Part shown: in pieces, positions 35,259 to 46,066 of the stretch
Layout: every line of letters begins with the position of its first letter
Numbering within the stretch: the first letter of the stretch is position 1
NCBI GenBank assembly: GCA_965213625.1
Contig: CBDBZU010000004.1
Coordinates: 3,840,001 to 3,904,000, forward strand
From: a bacterium
GTDB lineage: Bacteria; UBA8248
Length of the DNA: 64,000 nucleotides
Direction of reading: 5' to 3'
Notes under the pieces: generated by a model
Told to the model about the DNA's origin: nothing
The model's input: only the letters and a program-made list of their open reading frames with translations
Databases searched by the model: none
Position numbers and translations under genes: made by a program

Positions 35259-35985
35259 GGTCAAGTCCTGTAGATGCTGGATAATTTCTTTGGGCGCATA
35301 TCAGCTGAGGGCTACCAGATGTCGTTTTCCTCTTCGTAGTTCTGGTCCAGTTCCCGCCTCAGAGTGTCCATCTGGCGGCGCTCGAAGCCGGTGACCCTGA
35401 GCACCCGCCATCGCTCGGAAGCCCGGAGCAGGGCGGCGAACATGAGATTGAGCATCAGATTCTCCCAAAAGGCGTTGGGAATGTTCTTTATCCGTCGGCG
35501 CTCCTTGACTAACAAGCGCTTGAGCAGGTTCGTGGTGCGCACGGCCCGGCGGTGGTTGACGGGCGCCCGCAGGTGCGCGATGCAGGCTTCGAAGTCGTCG
35601 CGAAAGCACGCCACGGCTCCGGGCAATTCGGATTCGTAGTCCCTGACGATCCCTTCGGCCAGTTCCCGGGCGATGGCGCGCGAGGGGGTCTGGTAGGCCG
35701 CCTTGGCGCACGCCTTGAACTCCGGCCAAATGTCTTCGGGCGCCTTGGCCGCGAGGTTCCTCATCCGGTGCGCGAGACAGCGTTGCCGTTCCGAGCGCGG
35801 GAAACAGGTCTCGATCGCCTTGATGATGCCGGGCACTCCGTCGCTGACCACCAGCAGCGGGTCGCCCAGGCCGCGGGCGTGCTTGTCCTGGAAGAACGGG
35901 CTCACCGTCTCGGCGTCCTCCTTCGAGCCCGCCATCTGGCGCAGCAGGACCTTGGCGCCGTTCGCCGTGAATCCCCAGACCGCCC
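35259..35985 (-). mobile_element. IS256-family insertion sequence remnant (3' part of transposase plus one terminal IR)
   Basis: Motifs VSDGVPG, QRCLAHRMRN and RTTNLLKR in 35312-35935; IS256-type end GGTCAAGTCC at 35259; 5' half of the transposase missing. Confidence 0.85.
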
Positions 35986-36208
35986 ATGAAGACGAGGCTC
36001 AGGAACACTACCCATATCAGGGCGTTGTGGCTCAGGGGCAGGACGACGGTGACGTCCAAAAACATGAGCGTGTACCCAAAACCCAGTGGTGGAGAATACC
36101 GATCCGATAAGGAACCACCAGACGCCGCGCCTGTCCGCATAGACCCTGCCCTCATCTCCCAGGAACGGCTTCGTCGCGAGAAATACGAACTCCCCGGTTT
36201 TTCAAACA

Positions 36209-36237
36209 TTGCGAAAACGACACTGCATACTTATAAT
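36209..36237 (+). promoter_or_regulatory. Sigma70-type promoter for the PBP1A gene
   Basis: TTGCGA-N17-TATAAT. Confidence 0.65.
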
Positions 36238-36301
36238 AATCTGCCTCCGCTAATTGCGGAGAGACGCTTCGAAAATTCGCCTCCCAAAGAGGACCACTCC
36301 G

Positions 36302-38524
36302 TTGTTGCCCCGTTCCGTACGCGGAAAAATAACCCTTATCACGCTGAGCGTGCTGGCCATTTTGTGCGGTTTGGGGATCGGCGCGAGCTTTACGTATCTA
36401 TACGATTTCCCCGAACTCGAGCGTCTCCATAACTACAAGCCGAACACGATTACGCGCATTTACGCCCGCGAAGGCGAGCTGATCGCAGAATTGTACCAGG
36501 AGAGAAGAAAACCCATCCCTTTGAAGCAGATCCCCACAAGGCTTCAGCAAGCGTTCCTGGCCATAGAAGACAGCCGCTTCTACGACCACCCGGGCGTGAG
36601 CTATCCCGATATTTTTCGGGCTTTCGTCAAGAACGTGCTCGCGGGCCAGTTCGTGCAGGGCGGCAGCACCATCACGCAGCAGTTGGCGAAAGTCCTCTTC
36701 CTGACGCCCGAGAGAAAACTCAAGCGAAAAATCCGCGAAGCCCTCCTGGCCCTCGAGATCGAGCGGCGCTTCACGAAAGACGAGATACTCGAATTCTATA
36801 TGAACCAAATCTATCTCGGCAGCGGGGCCTACGGGGTTCACGCAGCGGCCCAGATTTATTTCGGCAAAACGCTCGCCCAACTCACGCTGGCCGAATCCGC
36901 CATGATTGCAGGGCTGCCAAAAGCGCCCACGCGATTCAACCCCAAAACCAACCACGATAAAGCGCTGAAGAGACGCAACCTGGTGATAAACAGAATGCGG
37001 GTATCGGGCTTCATTTCCGCAGAGCAAGAAAAAATCGCCCTCGAGGAGCCAATCCAACTGGTTCCCCGGGTAGCCAACATCGCGCCCGAAGCCGCCTACT
37101 TCATCGAAAAAACACGCATCGGCCTCAGCCGCCGATATGGGCAAGCCCTCTACAAGAGCGGTCTTCAAATCCATACGACCATCGATATCGGCTTGCAGAA
37201 AATCGCTCACAAGGCGCTCATCAATGGAATCGAAAAGATAAACCAAAGGCGCGGCTTCAAGAGTCCTGAAACAAAAATAAAGAGGCCGCCGCGCCTTGGG
37301 GATGGATTCCAATTCCACATTCTGGACATCGCCGGGAAGCTGGTGAGCGGAATCATCGGGGAATACGAGGCGGAAATGCCTCTACCCAAGCACATCGACC
37401 CCAAAAGGCTCAGAGAAGGCGACCTGCTGCTGGGGCGCGTGATCAAGGTGGACCGCGCGTTGAAAAAACTCTTCCTGGAGTGGCAGGAGACCGTGCAGGG
37501 CGCGGTGATCGCGTTCGACGCGGGCACCGGAGCGCTCCGCGCCCTGAGCGGCGGGACCAACTTCCGCCGCTTCCCGTTCAACCGCGCCACCCAGGCGCGG
37601 CGCCAGCCGGGTTCGGCCTTCAAGCCCATCATCATGGGGACGGCCCTCTCCCAGGGCTACACGCCCGCCCACATACTCATGGACACCCCATTCGTCCGCC
37701 GGATGCCGGGGACGCTGAAGGACTGGAAACCCCGGAACTACACCAACAAGTTCTACGGCCCCGTGACCATGAGGAGGGCTCTGGAGTCGTCGCTCAACCT
37801 GGCGACCATCAAGCTGCTGGACCAGATGGGGCCCCAAAAGGCGGTCACGTTCGCACACCGGCTCGGCATCCAATCGAAAATGAACCCGTATCTCTCCCTG
37901 GCGCTCGGCTCCATCGAGGTGTCGCCGTACCAGTTCACGGCTTCCTACATTCCGTATGCGACACGAGGCGTATACGCGCGGCCCTATGAGATTACGAAAG
38001 TCACCGATGGCGGAAACCGGGTGCTGGAGAAGAACGTGCCCACGACGCACCTCGCCATCTCGCCCGAGACGGCATACCAGATGAAAATGCTGCTGCGCGG
38101 CGTCGTCACGAACGGAACCGGGAAAAAGGCCAAGAAGATCGGCGCGTTTCTGGCCGGAAAGACAGGCACCACGAACGAATTCCGGGACGCCTGGTTCATC
38201 GGCTTCTCCGAAGACCTCGTACTGGGCGTCTGGGTGGGCCGCGACGACAACAAGCACATGGGCTACCGGGCTTCGGGCGGCAGCGCGGCCCTGCCCATCT
38301 GGGTCGACGTGATGAAGGGCTGGTTCGAGGGCCGGGAATCGGAAGTCCGGAATCCCGAACCGCCGCCGGGCATCACCCTGGTGAAGGTGGATTCGCGCTC
38401 CGGGCAATTGCCCTCTGCCTGGTGCGAGGGGGAGCCGGTACTGGAAGCCTTCGTGGAGGGGACGGAACCCTCCGAGCCATGCGCCCGAAAATCGCGCCTG
38501 CCGGCGATACTGAGCGGCGGTTGA
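36302..38524 (+). CDS. mrcA: Penicillin-binding protein 1A (bifunctional transglycosylase/transpeptidase)
   Basis: Motifs EDSRFYDH, GGSTITQQLAK, RQPGSAFKP, SLN and KTGTT. TTG start at 36302 follows a GAGGA RBS; alternative start 36254. Confidence 0.92.
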   Translation: MLPRSVRGKITLITLSVLAILCGLGIGASFTYLYDFPELERLHNYKPNTITRIYAREGELIAELYQERRKPIPLKQIPTRLQQAFLAIEDSRFYDHPGVSYPDIFRAFVKNVLAGQFVQGGSTITQQLAKVLFLTPERKLKRKIREALLALEIERRFTKDEILEFYMNQIYLGSGAYGVHAAAQIYFGKTLAQLTLAESAMIAGLPKAPTRFNPKTNHDKALKRRNLVINRMRVSGFISAEQEKIALEEPIQLVPRVANIAPEAAYFIEKTRIGLSRRYGQALYKSGLQIHTTIDIGLQKIAHKALINGIEKINQRRGFKSPETKIKRPPRLGDGFQFHILDIAGKLVSGIIGEYEAEMPLPKHIDPKRLREGDLLLGRVIKVDRALKKLFLEWQETVQGAVIAFDAGTGALRALSGGTNFRRFPFNRATQARRQPGSAFKPIIMGTALSQGYTPAHILMDTPFVRRMPGTLKDWKPRNYTNKFYGPVTMRRALESSLNLATIKLLDQMGPQKAVTFAHRLGIQSKMNPYLSLALGSIEVSPYQFTASYIPYATRGVYARPYEITKVTDGGNRVLEKNVPTTHLAISPETAYQMKMLLRGVVTNGTGKKAKKIGAFLAGKTGTTNEFRDAWFIGFSEDLVLGVWVGRDDNKHMGYRASGGSAALPIWVDVMKGWFEGRESEVRNPEPPPGITLVKVDSRSGQLPSAWCEGEPVLEAFVEGTEPSEPCARKSRLPAILSGG

Positions 38525-38985
38525 TGAGGGAGCAGGACCGACATTCCCGGAGCGCATTCCCTCCGTCATCGTGAGCGTTTCAAGCCTCAGGCGAGTTCTT
38601 TCTCCGGCATGCAACCGCCATAATCACTGATATTCCGGGAAATGGCGGAACCCAAGGCGGGATTCCACCTCTCCCGCACATTGGACGCGCCGAGCGCGTT
38701 GCCGAACACTCTTACGCGCAAAACCGTCCGCATTCGCGGTCATCACAACGTTTCCGGGAAAAGGCGGAACCGCCACCCGGCGCGCAACTGGCCGCAATTG
38801 CCGTCGCGGCGGTTTCCCGGGCGCATGGCAGGATCGCCTGGCGATACCATGGGCCGTCCGTTTTTCAAAAATGGCGAATTCCTGAAAATATCGATAAATT
38901 TGGGTAAATAACGATAAATATATTCAGGATATGGAGTTGATATATATGGAGTTATATGGTTTTCTCGAAAAATGCCGCAAAAAGG

Positions 38986-39945
38986 CTATTCGCCGAAAAT
39001 CGCCTCGATGAAAGCTTCTGCGTCAAAATCGAGAAGGTCTTCCACCGCCTCACCCACGCCAACGTATATTATCGGTATGCCGCTCTCATAAGTGGCGCCC
39101 AACGCCACGCCGCCCTTGGCCGTACCGTCGAGCTTGGTGAGCACGAGGCCCGTTACGCCGAGCGCAGGGCCGAATTCCCGCACCTGGGAGAGCACGTTCT
39201 GCCCCGATGTCGCATCCAATACGAGCAGCACCTCATGGGGGGCCGAATCGATGAGGCGCTGGGTTACGCGCCTGAGCTTCTTCAGTTCTTCCATGAGATT
39301 GTGTTTCGTGTGCAGGCGCCCCGCCGTATCCACAAGCAATACGTCGACGCCGCGCGCCTTCGCCGCCTGAATGGCGTCATACACGACGGCGGAGGAATCC
39401 GCTCCTTCTTTGTGGCTGATGATTTCGCATCCGCTCCGCTCGGCCCAAATCGTCAATTGTTCACCGGCTGCGGCCCGAAACGTATCCCCCGCCGCGAGCA
39501 TGACTTTCCGTTTTTCAGCTGAGTACCGCGATGCGAGCTTCCCCGCCGTCGTCGTCTTGCCCACGCCGTTGACGCCTACCAGAAAAATAATTTGAGGTTC
39601 GCCCGCAGGAGGCTCCTGCGGCGTAAACGCAGGCGGAGATTCCGGGTATTCAAGACAAGAGCGCATGATTTCCTTAACGCGCGTCTGCGCATCCGCCCCC
39701 GCGCCCTCTCCCGCTTTCAATTTCCCCAGCAACGATTCGACGAGAGGAGGACCTAGATCCGCCATGTAGAGCACTTCTTCCAGTTCCTCGAGCGTATCCT
39801 CATCGATGCGTCCGGCGACCAAACCCTTCACTTGAGCGAGAAAACCACCTCGCGTCTTGGAGAGGCCGTCACGCAATCTGCCGAACCAGCCTTTTGCGCC
39901 ACCGCTGCTCTCCGTGCTTTCATTTTTCCTGGAATCAGACATCAA
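38986..39945 (-). CDS. ftsY: Signal recognition particle receptor FtsY
   Basis: Motifs [22 protein letters not shown] and [10 protein letters not shown]. Confidence 0.96.
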   Translation of the reverse strand: MMSDSRKNESTESSGGAKGWFGRLRDGLSKTRGGFLAQVKGLVAGRIDEDTLEELEEVLYMADLGPPLVESLLGKLKAGEGAGADAQTRVKEIMRSCLEYPESPPAFTPQEPPAGEPQIIFLVGVNGVGKTTTAGKLASRYSAEKRKVMLAAGDTFRAAAGEQLTIWAERSGCEIISHKEGADSSAVVYDAIQAAKARGVDVLLVDTAGRLHTKHNLMEELKKLRRVTQRLIDSAPHEVLLVLDATSGQNVLSQVREFGPALGVTGLVLTKLDGTAKGGVALGATYESGIPIIYVGVGEAVEDLLDFDAEAFIEAIFGE

Positions 39946-39979
39946 AGGCGTTTTCTCCGGCCCAAACCTAACAAAACCA

Positions 39980-40003
39980 ACCCCGGCGACAATGCGCCGG
40001 GGT
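39980..40003 (-). terminator. Hairpin, possible intrinsic terminator between smc and ftsY
   Basis: ACCCCGGCG-loop-CGCCGGGGT with T-rich flanks on both strands. Confidence 0.45.
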
Positions 40004-40044
40004 CATTTTCTACAAAGTCTTTCGTGAAAATTCTGCAGATGTTC

Positions 40045-43000
40045 CTACACACTCGATTCCAGCACCGCTTCTCCCACGCCATTCACCCTCTCATCCTCGC
40101 GGTTCAACTTTACGGAGACGATTTCTGAAACACCTTTTTCTCTTTGCGTCACGCCGTAGAGCTGATTCGCGTATGACATGGTCTTTTTGTTGTGTGTGAT
40201 GATGATGAACTGGCTCTGCCCCTCGAGTTCGGCAAGAACCTCGCGAAAACGTCCGACATTGGCGTCATCAAGGGTGGCGTCCACCTCGTCGAGGATGCAA
40301 AACGGACTCGGCCGAACGCTGAAGACTGAAAACAATAGAGAAATAGCGGTGAGCGCCTTCTCCCCAGCGGAGAGAAGCATGATGTTCGAAGGACGCTTGC
40401 CCGGGGGTTTCACCTCGATGTCGACGCCCGTCTCCAAGGGGTCGTTCGGATCGAGCAAGAACATGCGCGCCTCACCTCCCTGGAAAAGACGTCCGAAGAT
40501 ATCCGCGAAGGCATTGCTCACCTCCTCGAAAGCCGCCAAGAAGCGGGATTTCGTCGTCTTGTTCAGCTTTTCAATCGTAGTGTGTAGATCGGCGATGGAG
40601 TTTTCGAGATCCTGCTGCTGCTCCTGTAAAAACACAAATTCCTGGTTGATCTCATCGTATTCTTGCGCGGCCAGAGGATTCACCTCTCCCATCCGGGAAA
40701 GCCTTTGATTCAGCATCTCCAGGCGATTCAATATCTCCTGATACTGGGGCAGTTCATCCCGTCGACTCTCGGCAGTTTCCTCAAGATCGATCTGATATTC
40801 CGCCTCGGCGGATTCCAGCAGTGATTCCCGTTTTACGCTGAGCGTCGTTCGCAATTCCGCAGCATCGCTTACCGCAGCGTTCAAGCGTGAAGCCTTCTCC
40901 TTCATCTCTCGAATCGAATCACCAAGTTCCTCATCCCGCGATTGCATTTCCCTCAAAACGCGGTCTCGCTCTGCTTGCTCGGCTGCTACTTTGGCTTTTT
41001 CATTCTGAAGAACGAGTATCTCCTCTTCACTCTGCGCGATGCTCTCTTGAAGGCGCTCTCTTTTCTCTATCGATTCGCGCTGTTCTCCTTCTTTGCGAAC
41101 CTTGCGAGCCGAATTCTGAGATATGCCATCTACTATCCGCTGGAATTCGGCCTGGCCGCCGGCAACTTTTCCGTTGATTTCCGCCAAGGCGACTTTCTTA
41201 TCCGTCACATGGGCATCGACTTCTGAATTCCGCAGGCCGGCATCGCTCACTTTTTTCTCGATTCCCTGGATGCGCGAGGTGCACTCCACGATCTTCTTTT
41301 CGGAGCGAAGACTTTCATCTTGCGCCGACTGGAATACGTCCACGAGACGCATCTGCTCCGCTCGTAGTTGCTCTCGCGCAGCTTCGAGCGTGGCAAGCCG
41401 TTTTTTCAACTCTTCGTACCTGCCTTCCGCCGCCCGGAGGGCTCCCTCTCCCTCCACGCGCATCACTTCAGCCCGCTGATATGCCTCGATCGCATGGCGG
41501 CTACTTTGCTCCGCTTTCGTAAGTTGCTCGCTCAATTTTTGAGAATTCGGTCCTAATTCAATCAGTTGCGCCTTAAAATGTTCAACCTTCAGTCGCATCT
41601 CCTCACATCTTCGGGAACGCTCCAAAAAACCCTCATTACGGGTCAAGCCACCTTCCACCACACCATTTGCGTGAATAATTTCACCATCCAAAGTCACGCA
41701 AACGACGCCCTGCGGCCCATTGCACCATGCCGCCTGCGCGGCATCGATATCCTCCACCACAACAATATTTCCGAGGAGCGACTGAACGAGATGGCGATAG
41801 CCAATGTCACAACGAACGAAATCCGCAGCCACACCCAGAACACCCTCTCCCAACGGGACGACGGCGCCTGGCTGAGCACCGGCTTCGGTTGGCAGGGCTA
41901 CGCCACGTCCGGCTTCGGAACTCATCAACGCGCGAATCGCATCTACGGCATCGCCAGGAGTATTTACGACCACACCCAACAACTTATCTCCAAGCGCCGC
42001 TTCGATGGCTTTCTCAAATTTTGGATCGACACGAATGACTTCAGAAAATGTCGCAATAACTTGAGCGCCACGAGATATGAACGCTTCCGCATCCGCGAAT
42101 CCGCTCTCCCCGGAACCCAAAACGCCCTCCAGGGCCGAGAGGGCGGATTTCGCTTCCATCAAAGATTCTTTCGTTCCAGCCACGGATTCTTCATGGCGGG
42201 TCAACAACTCGGCCGCCCGTTCACGCTCGGATATTGCCTGTTCAAGCTCTTGTTTTGCCTGGCATTCAGATGCAACCAACAATTCTAGCCGGTTTTTCGC
42301 AACATCTACGTCGCTTTGGGTCAATTCGAGTTGGCCATTGATCTCCTCGATTTCTTTGCCTGTCTTCTCCGTGGACTCAGCCAGTCCCTCGCGCCTCGAT
42401 TCGATGGAAGCAATCTGCTGACGCGCCGCACTCAAGCGTTCTCTTTCCTCCTCTTGCGTGCGTCTGGCCTCATCGAGAACCCGCTCGAATTCTTTCAAGT
42501 TCTCACGAACGGCGGCTAACTCCGCCGCGCTGACGTCATACTCATGGCGCGCTAGAACAGATTGTTCTGTAAGCGCATCGAGTGTGGATGCAAGTCTGAT
42601 TCTTTCATTCTCAAAGGTCGTTATTTCGGCATCGAGAGTCTGGATTTCCTCCGCGCGACGCTCATCTTCCGTGTCGAGTTCCGCGAGGCGGTTGCCCTGC
42701 ATTTCAACTCGATTTTCCAGACGCTGAAGGGAACCCTCCACTTCCGTCGCACGTTGGCGGGTTTCCGCCAACGCCTCTGTGCGCTCGGTGAGCAGAAAAC
42801 GCCCGCTTTCCCTTTCAGCATCAAGAGAAGATATTTTCGTCGCCACCGCTTGTTCTTCATCTTTGATACGGGCATACGCTTTTTCCGCCGGAACAAGCTC
42901 ATCCACGAGTTCGAGGTAGTCGAGCGCCATAATTCTTTGGGAAAGATCGGCAACTTCAGTTTGATATTCCTTATGAAAAGTCGCTTTCCTCGCTTGACGG

Positions 43001-43629
43001 CGCAATGAGCGAAGGCGAGTCTCTTTCTCGCGCATGATGTCGGCCACACGAAGCAGATTCGCCTGTGCAAGCTCCAGTTTGCGCAACGCCTCGTTTCGTC
43101 TGCTCTTGTATTTCATGATGCCGGCGGCTTCTTCAATCAGAACTCGCCTGTCCATGGGCCTCGCGTTCACGAGAGTCTCTATCTTGCCTTGCTCCACGAT
43201 GGAGAAAGTATCGAGAGAAACACCGGTATCGAGAAATAAATCGACGATATCCTTGAGTCGGCAGGGACTGCGATTGATGAGATATTCACTTTCACCTGAG
43301 CGATACAAACGGCGGGTGACTACCACCTCGTCAAAATCCTTGAATGCAGGGGAGGTCACTACCCCTTTCAAGTCGGTGACGGTAAGCGAAACCTCGGACA
43401 TCCCGAGTTGTTTGCGCTCGGCGCTGCCGTTGAAGATGACATCTTCCATCTTCTTCGATCGCATGTTTTTAGGAGCCTGTTCGCCCAGAACCCATCGAAC
43501 GGCATCACACACATTGCTTTTGCCGCATCCGTTGGGCCCGACCACAGCCGTTAAGCCTTCGCCAATCTCAATCACGGTCTTATCTACGAAGGACTTGAAC
43601 CCCTGCATCTCCAAGCGTTGGAATCGCAA
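40045..43629 (-). CDS. smc: Chromosome segregation protein SMC
   Basis: Motifs GFKSF, GPNGCGKSN, LSAGEK and LDEVDA; coiled coils and hinge domain. Confidence 0.96.
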   Translation of the reverse strand: MRFQRLEMQGFKSFVDKTVIEIGEGLTAVVGPNGCGKSNVCDAVRWVLGEQAPKNMRSKKMEDVIFNGSAERKQLGMSEVSLTVTDLKGVVTSPAFKDFDEVVVTRRLYRSGESEYLINRSPCRLKDIVDLFLDTGVSLDTFSIVEQGKIETLVNARPMDRRVLIEEAAGIMKYKSRRNEALRKLELAQANLLRVADIMREKETRLRSLRRQARKATFHKEYQTEVADLSQRIMALDYLELVDELVPAEKAYARIKDEEQAVATKISSLDAERESGRFLLTERTEALAETRQRATEVEGSLQRLENRVEMQGNRLAELDTEDERRAEEIQTLDAEITTFENERIRLASTLDALTEQSVLARHEYDVSAAELAAVRENLKEFERVLDEARRTQEEERERLSAARQQIASIESRREGLAESTEKTGKEIEEINGQLELTQSDVDVAKNRLELLVASECQAKQELEQAISERERAAELLTRHEESVAGTKESLMEAKSALSALEGVLGSGESGFADAEAFISRGAQVIATFSEVIRVDPKFEKAIEAALGDKLLGVVVNTPGDAVDAIRALMSSEAGRGVALPTEAGAQPGAVVPLGEGVLGVAADFVRCDIGYRHLVQSLLGNIVVVEDIDAAQAAWCNGPQGVVCVTLDGEIIHANGVVEGGLTRNEGFLERSRRCEEMRLKVEHFKAQLIELGPNSQKLSEQLTKAEQSSRHAIEAYQRAEVMRVEGEGALRAAEGRYEELKKRLATLEAAREQLRAEQMRLVDVFQSAQDESLRSEKKIVECTSRIQGIEKKVSDAGLRNSEVDAHVTDKKVALAEINGKVAGGQAEFQRIVDGISQNSARKVRKEGEQRESIEKRERLQESIAQSEEEILVLQNEKAKVAAEQAERDRVLREMQSRDEELGDSIREMKEKASRLNAAVSDAAELRTTLSVKRESLLESAEAEYQIDLEETAESRRDELPQYQEILNRLEMLNQRLSRMGEVNPLAAQEYDEINQEFVFLQEQQQDLENSIADLHTTIEKLNKTTKSRFLAAFEEVSNAFADIFGRLFQGGEARMFLLDPNDPLETGVDIEVKPPGKRPSNIMLLSAGEKALTAISLLFSVFSVRPSPFCILDEVDATLDDANVGRFREVLAELEGQSQFIIITHNKKTMSYANQLYGVTQREKGVSEIVSVKLNREDERVNGVGEAVLESSV

Positions 43630-43768
43630 TTCAACACCTCGGCGGGCGGACGAACTTCATTATCAGGGGGCGGTCTAAGACACTACCAGGGCGGTAGGAA
43701 TCAATAACTTACCAGAATTCCCCAACATTCGTAAAGCAAAAATATCACATTTTTAGAACTCACTGCCG

Positions 43769-44446
43769 CTAGGCTTCCTCAAACTTATGAACGGCTTCTT
43801 TCGCAGCCACTTGCTCGGCCGCCTTTTTGGTCGTGCCTTGTCCACGCCCCATTACCTTACGACCGAGACGAACCTCAACCTCGAATTCTTTTTCATGCTC
43901 TGGTCCACTCTCTCGAACCAGGCGATAGCCGGGAGGCTTATTGCCATTTTTCTGAGCCAATCGCTGAAGCTGGCTTTTGAAATCCTGCGACAAGACATTT
44001 TCTTCATTCAAGCCCGCTGACCAGAACCATGATTCGGCCCACTGCACACAACGGGTATAACCGGCATCGAGATATATGGCGCCGACAAGCGCCTCGACTG
44101 CTCCCGCCTGAATGGAGGGCTTTTGCCGACCACCCGTTTTTTCCTCTCCTTTGCCCAAACGAAGGAAATCCCCCAACCCGCGGCGCCGAAAAACACCCGC
44201 CAAAGAGCGTCCATTCACCCGTTCTGAACGCAGATGGGTCAATACACCCTCATCATCCGTCGGAAAATCTTTCCATAGCTTTTCCGTCACGATGAGCTGC
44301 AATACAGCATCACCCAAAAATTCCAGCCTCTCATTATCTGAAGTGGGAGTTGTACTTTCTTGAGAAAAAGAACGATGGGTCAGAGCCCGGACGAGGAGTT
44401 CCTTGTCAGAAAACGAATAGCTGATCTGGACTTCGATCTCGGCCAG
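43769..44446 (-). CDS. rnc: Ribonuclease III
   Basis: Motifs ALTHRS and NERLEFLGDAVL plus a dsRBD. Probable CTG start at 44446. Confidence 0.92.
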   Translation of the reverse strand: MAEIEVQISYSFSDKELLVRALTHRSFSQESTTPTSDNERLEFLGDAVLQLIVTEKLWKDFPTDDEGVLTHLRSERVNGRSLAGVFRRRGLGDFLRLGKGEEKTGGRQKPSIQAGAVEALVGAIYLDAGYTRCVQWAESWFWSAGLNEENVLSQDFKSQLQRLAQKNGNKPPGYRLVRESGPEHEKEFEVEVRLGRKVMGRGQGTTKKAAEQVAAKEAVHKFEEA

Positions 44447-44510
44447 GGTGACACCCCTTGAACCGAAACCGGAGAATTTCCCGTTTCTGATGTTGGCGGA
44501 ACCGCTTTTC

Positions 44511-45788
44511 CTAAGCTGCGGTGCTTTCCGCTCTCTTGAATAAGAGCGACGCGTTGGTTCCGCCGAAGCCGAACGAGTTTGTGAGGGCACAGCCGATGTC
44601 CGCTTTCCGGGCAGAGTTGGGCACATAGTCGAGATCGCATTCCGGATCCGGAATGTCCAAATTGATCGTGGGCGGAATACACTGGTTTTTAAGCGCCAAA
44701 ATAGTGTAAACCGATTCCACGCCTCCCGCCGCACCCAGAAGATGCCCGGTCATGGATTTTGTGGAACTTACACTAAGTTTGTAGGCATGTTCACCAAAAG
44801 TTCTTTTGATGGCCGTCGTTTCGAGTTTGTCTCCCGCGCCGGTGGATGTGCCATGCGCGTTGATGTAATCCACATCCTCAGGCCCGAGTCCCGCATCATC
44901 GAGCGCCATGTCCATGCAGCGGGCCGCCCCGTCACCGCCGGGGTCTGGCGATGTGATGTGATGAGCGTCGGAAGTGAGTCCATAACCACTGAGTTCGGCG
45001 TAAATGTTCGCGCCTCGCGCCACGGCATGTTCATACCGCTCCAGGATCATGACGCCTGCACCCTCCGCCATCACGAATCCGTCCCTGTCCGTATCAAATG
45101 GACGACTCGCCCGCTCGGGGTCATCGTTTCGCGTGCTGAGCGCCCGCATCGCGCAAAATCCCGCCATAGCCAACTCCGTGATGCAGGATTCACCGCCTCC
45201 GGCCACCATCACATCCACCAGGCCGCGCTGAATGCACTTCATCGCGTCCCCGATGGCGTGATTCCCGGATGCGCACGCAGTGGTTGTGCAAATGTTCGGC
45301 CCTTTAAGCCTCCAGCGCATCGAAACCTGGCCGGCTGCCAGATTTCCCAACAACATGGGGATGAAGAAGGGACTAATGCGCGTCGGTTCCCTGGTTTGCA
45401 ATAACTCCTTATTCGCCTCGATGGCAGGCAATCCGCCCAAGCCCACACCGATGATGGTGCCATACCGCGACGCCAGTTCCTCATCCGGAGCGCATAAACC
45501 CGCATCATCGAAAGCCATTTGAGAAGCCGCAAGAACATACTGGATAAAAGTATCCATTTTCTTGAGTTCTTTGCGGGAAACATAATTCTCAGGCTCAAAA
45601 CCTTTTACTTCGCCGCAGATGCGAGACGTCAGGCGATCCGGGGAAAATCGGGATACTTTACCGATACCCGAGCTGCCCTGCATCAAGGCTTCCCAGTTTT
45701 CCTCTACCGACAAGCCAAGCGGTGTAAGCAAACCGAGTCCCGTCACGACGACCCGAACATCCGACTTCAACAAACTATGATTATTCAT
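44511..45788 (-). CDS. fabF: Beta-ketoacyl-ACP synthase II
   Basis: Motifs TACASG, NAHGTST, GHLLGAAG and NSFGFGG. Confidence 0.96.
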   Translation of the reverse strand: MNNHSLLKSDVRVVVTGLGLLTPLGLSVEENWEALMQGSSGIGKVSRFSPDRLTSRICGEVKGFEPENYVSRKELKKMDTFIQYVLAASQMAFDDAGLCAPDEELASRYGTIIGVGLGGLPAIEANKELLQTREPTRISPFFIPMLLGNLAAGQVSMRWRLKGPNICTTTACASGNHAIGDAMKCIQRGLVDVMVAGGGESCITELAMAGFCAMRALSTRNDDPERASRPFDTDRDGFVMAEGAGVMILERYEHAVARGANIYAELSGYGLTSDAHHITSPDPGGDGAARCMDMALDDAGLGPEDVDYINAHGTSTGAGDKLETTAIKRTFGEHAYKLSVSSTKSMTGHLLGAAGGVESVYTILALKNQCIPPTINLDIPDPECDLDYVPNSARKADIGCALTNSFGFGGTNASLLFKRAESTAA

Positions 45789-45823
45789 GCTTCCTCTTCG
45801 ATTTGCAGACCAACGAGATTTTT

Positions 45824-46066
45824 CTAGTCTCCAGGCACCTTGCCGAGATAATCGTACGCATCCTGTACCGTGGAGATTTTCTCCGCTTCTTCATCAGGTA
45901 TTTCAATACCGAATTTCTCCTCGAAAGCCATGACGAGTTCTACGGTATCCAGTGAATCCGCTCCCAAATCATCGGTAAACGAAGCATCGGGCACCACCTT
46001 TTCAGGCTCCACACTCAACTGCTCTACAATGATTTCTTTTATTTGTGCTTTGATTTCATCTGTCAC
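45824..46066 (-). CDS. acpP: Acyl carrier protein
   Basis: Motif [14 protein letters not shown]. Confidence 0.97.
   Translation of the reverse strand: MTDEIKAQIKEIIVEQLSVEPEKVVPDASFTDDLGADSLDTVELVMAFEEKFGIEIPDEEAEKISTVQDAYDYLGKVPGD

Noticed and set aside
35986-36432. 148-aa ORF beside the IS remnant
   Set aside because: It overlaps the PBP1A promoter and start and has no recognisable domain.
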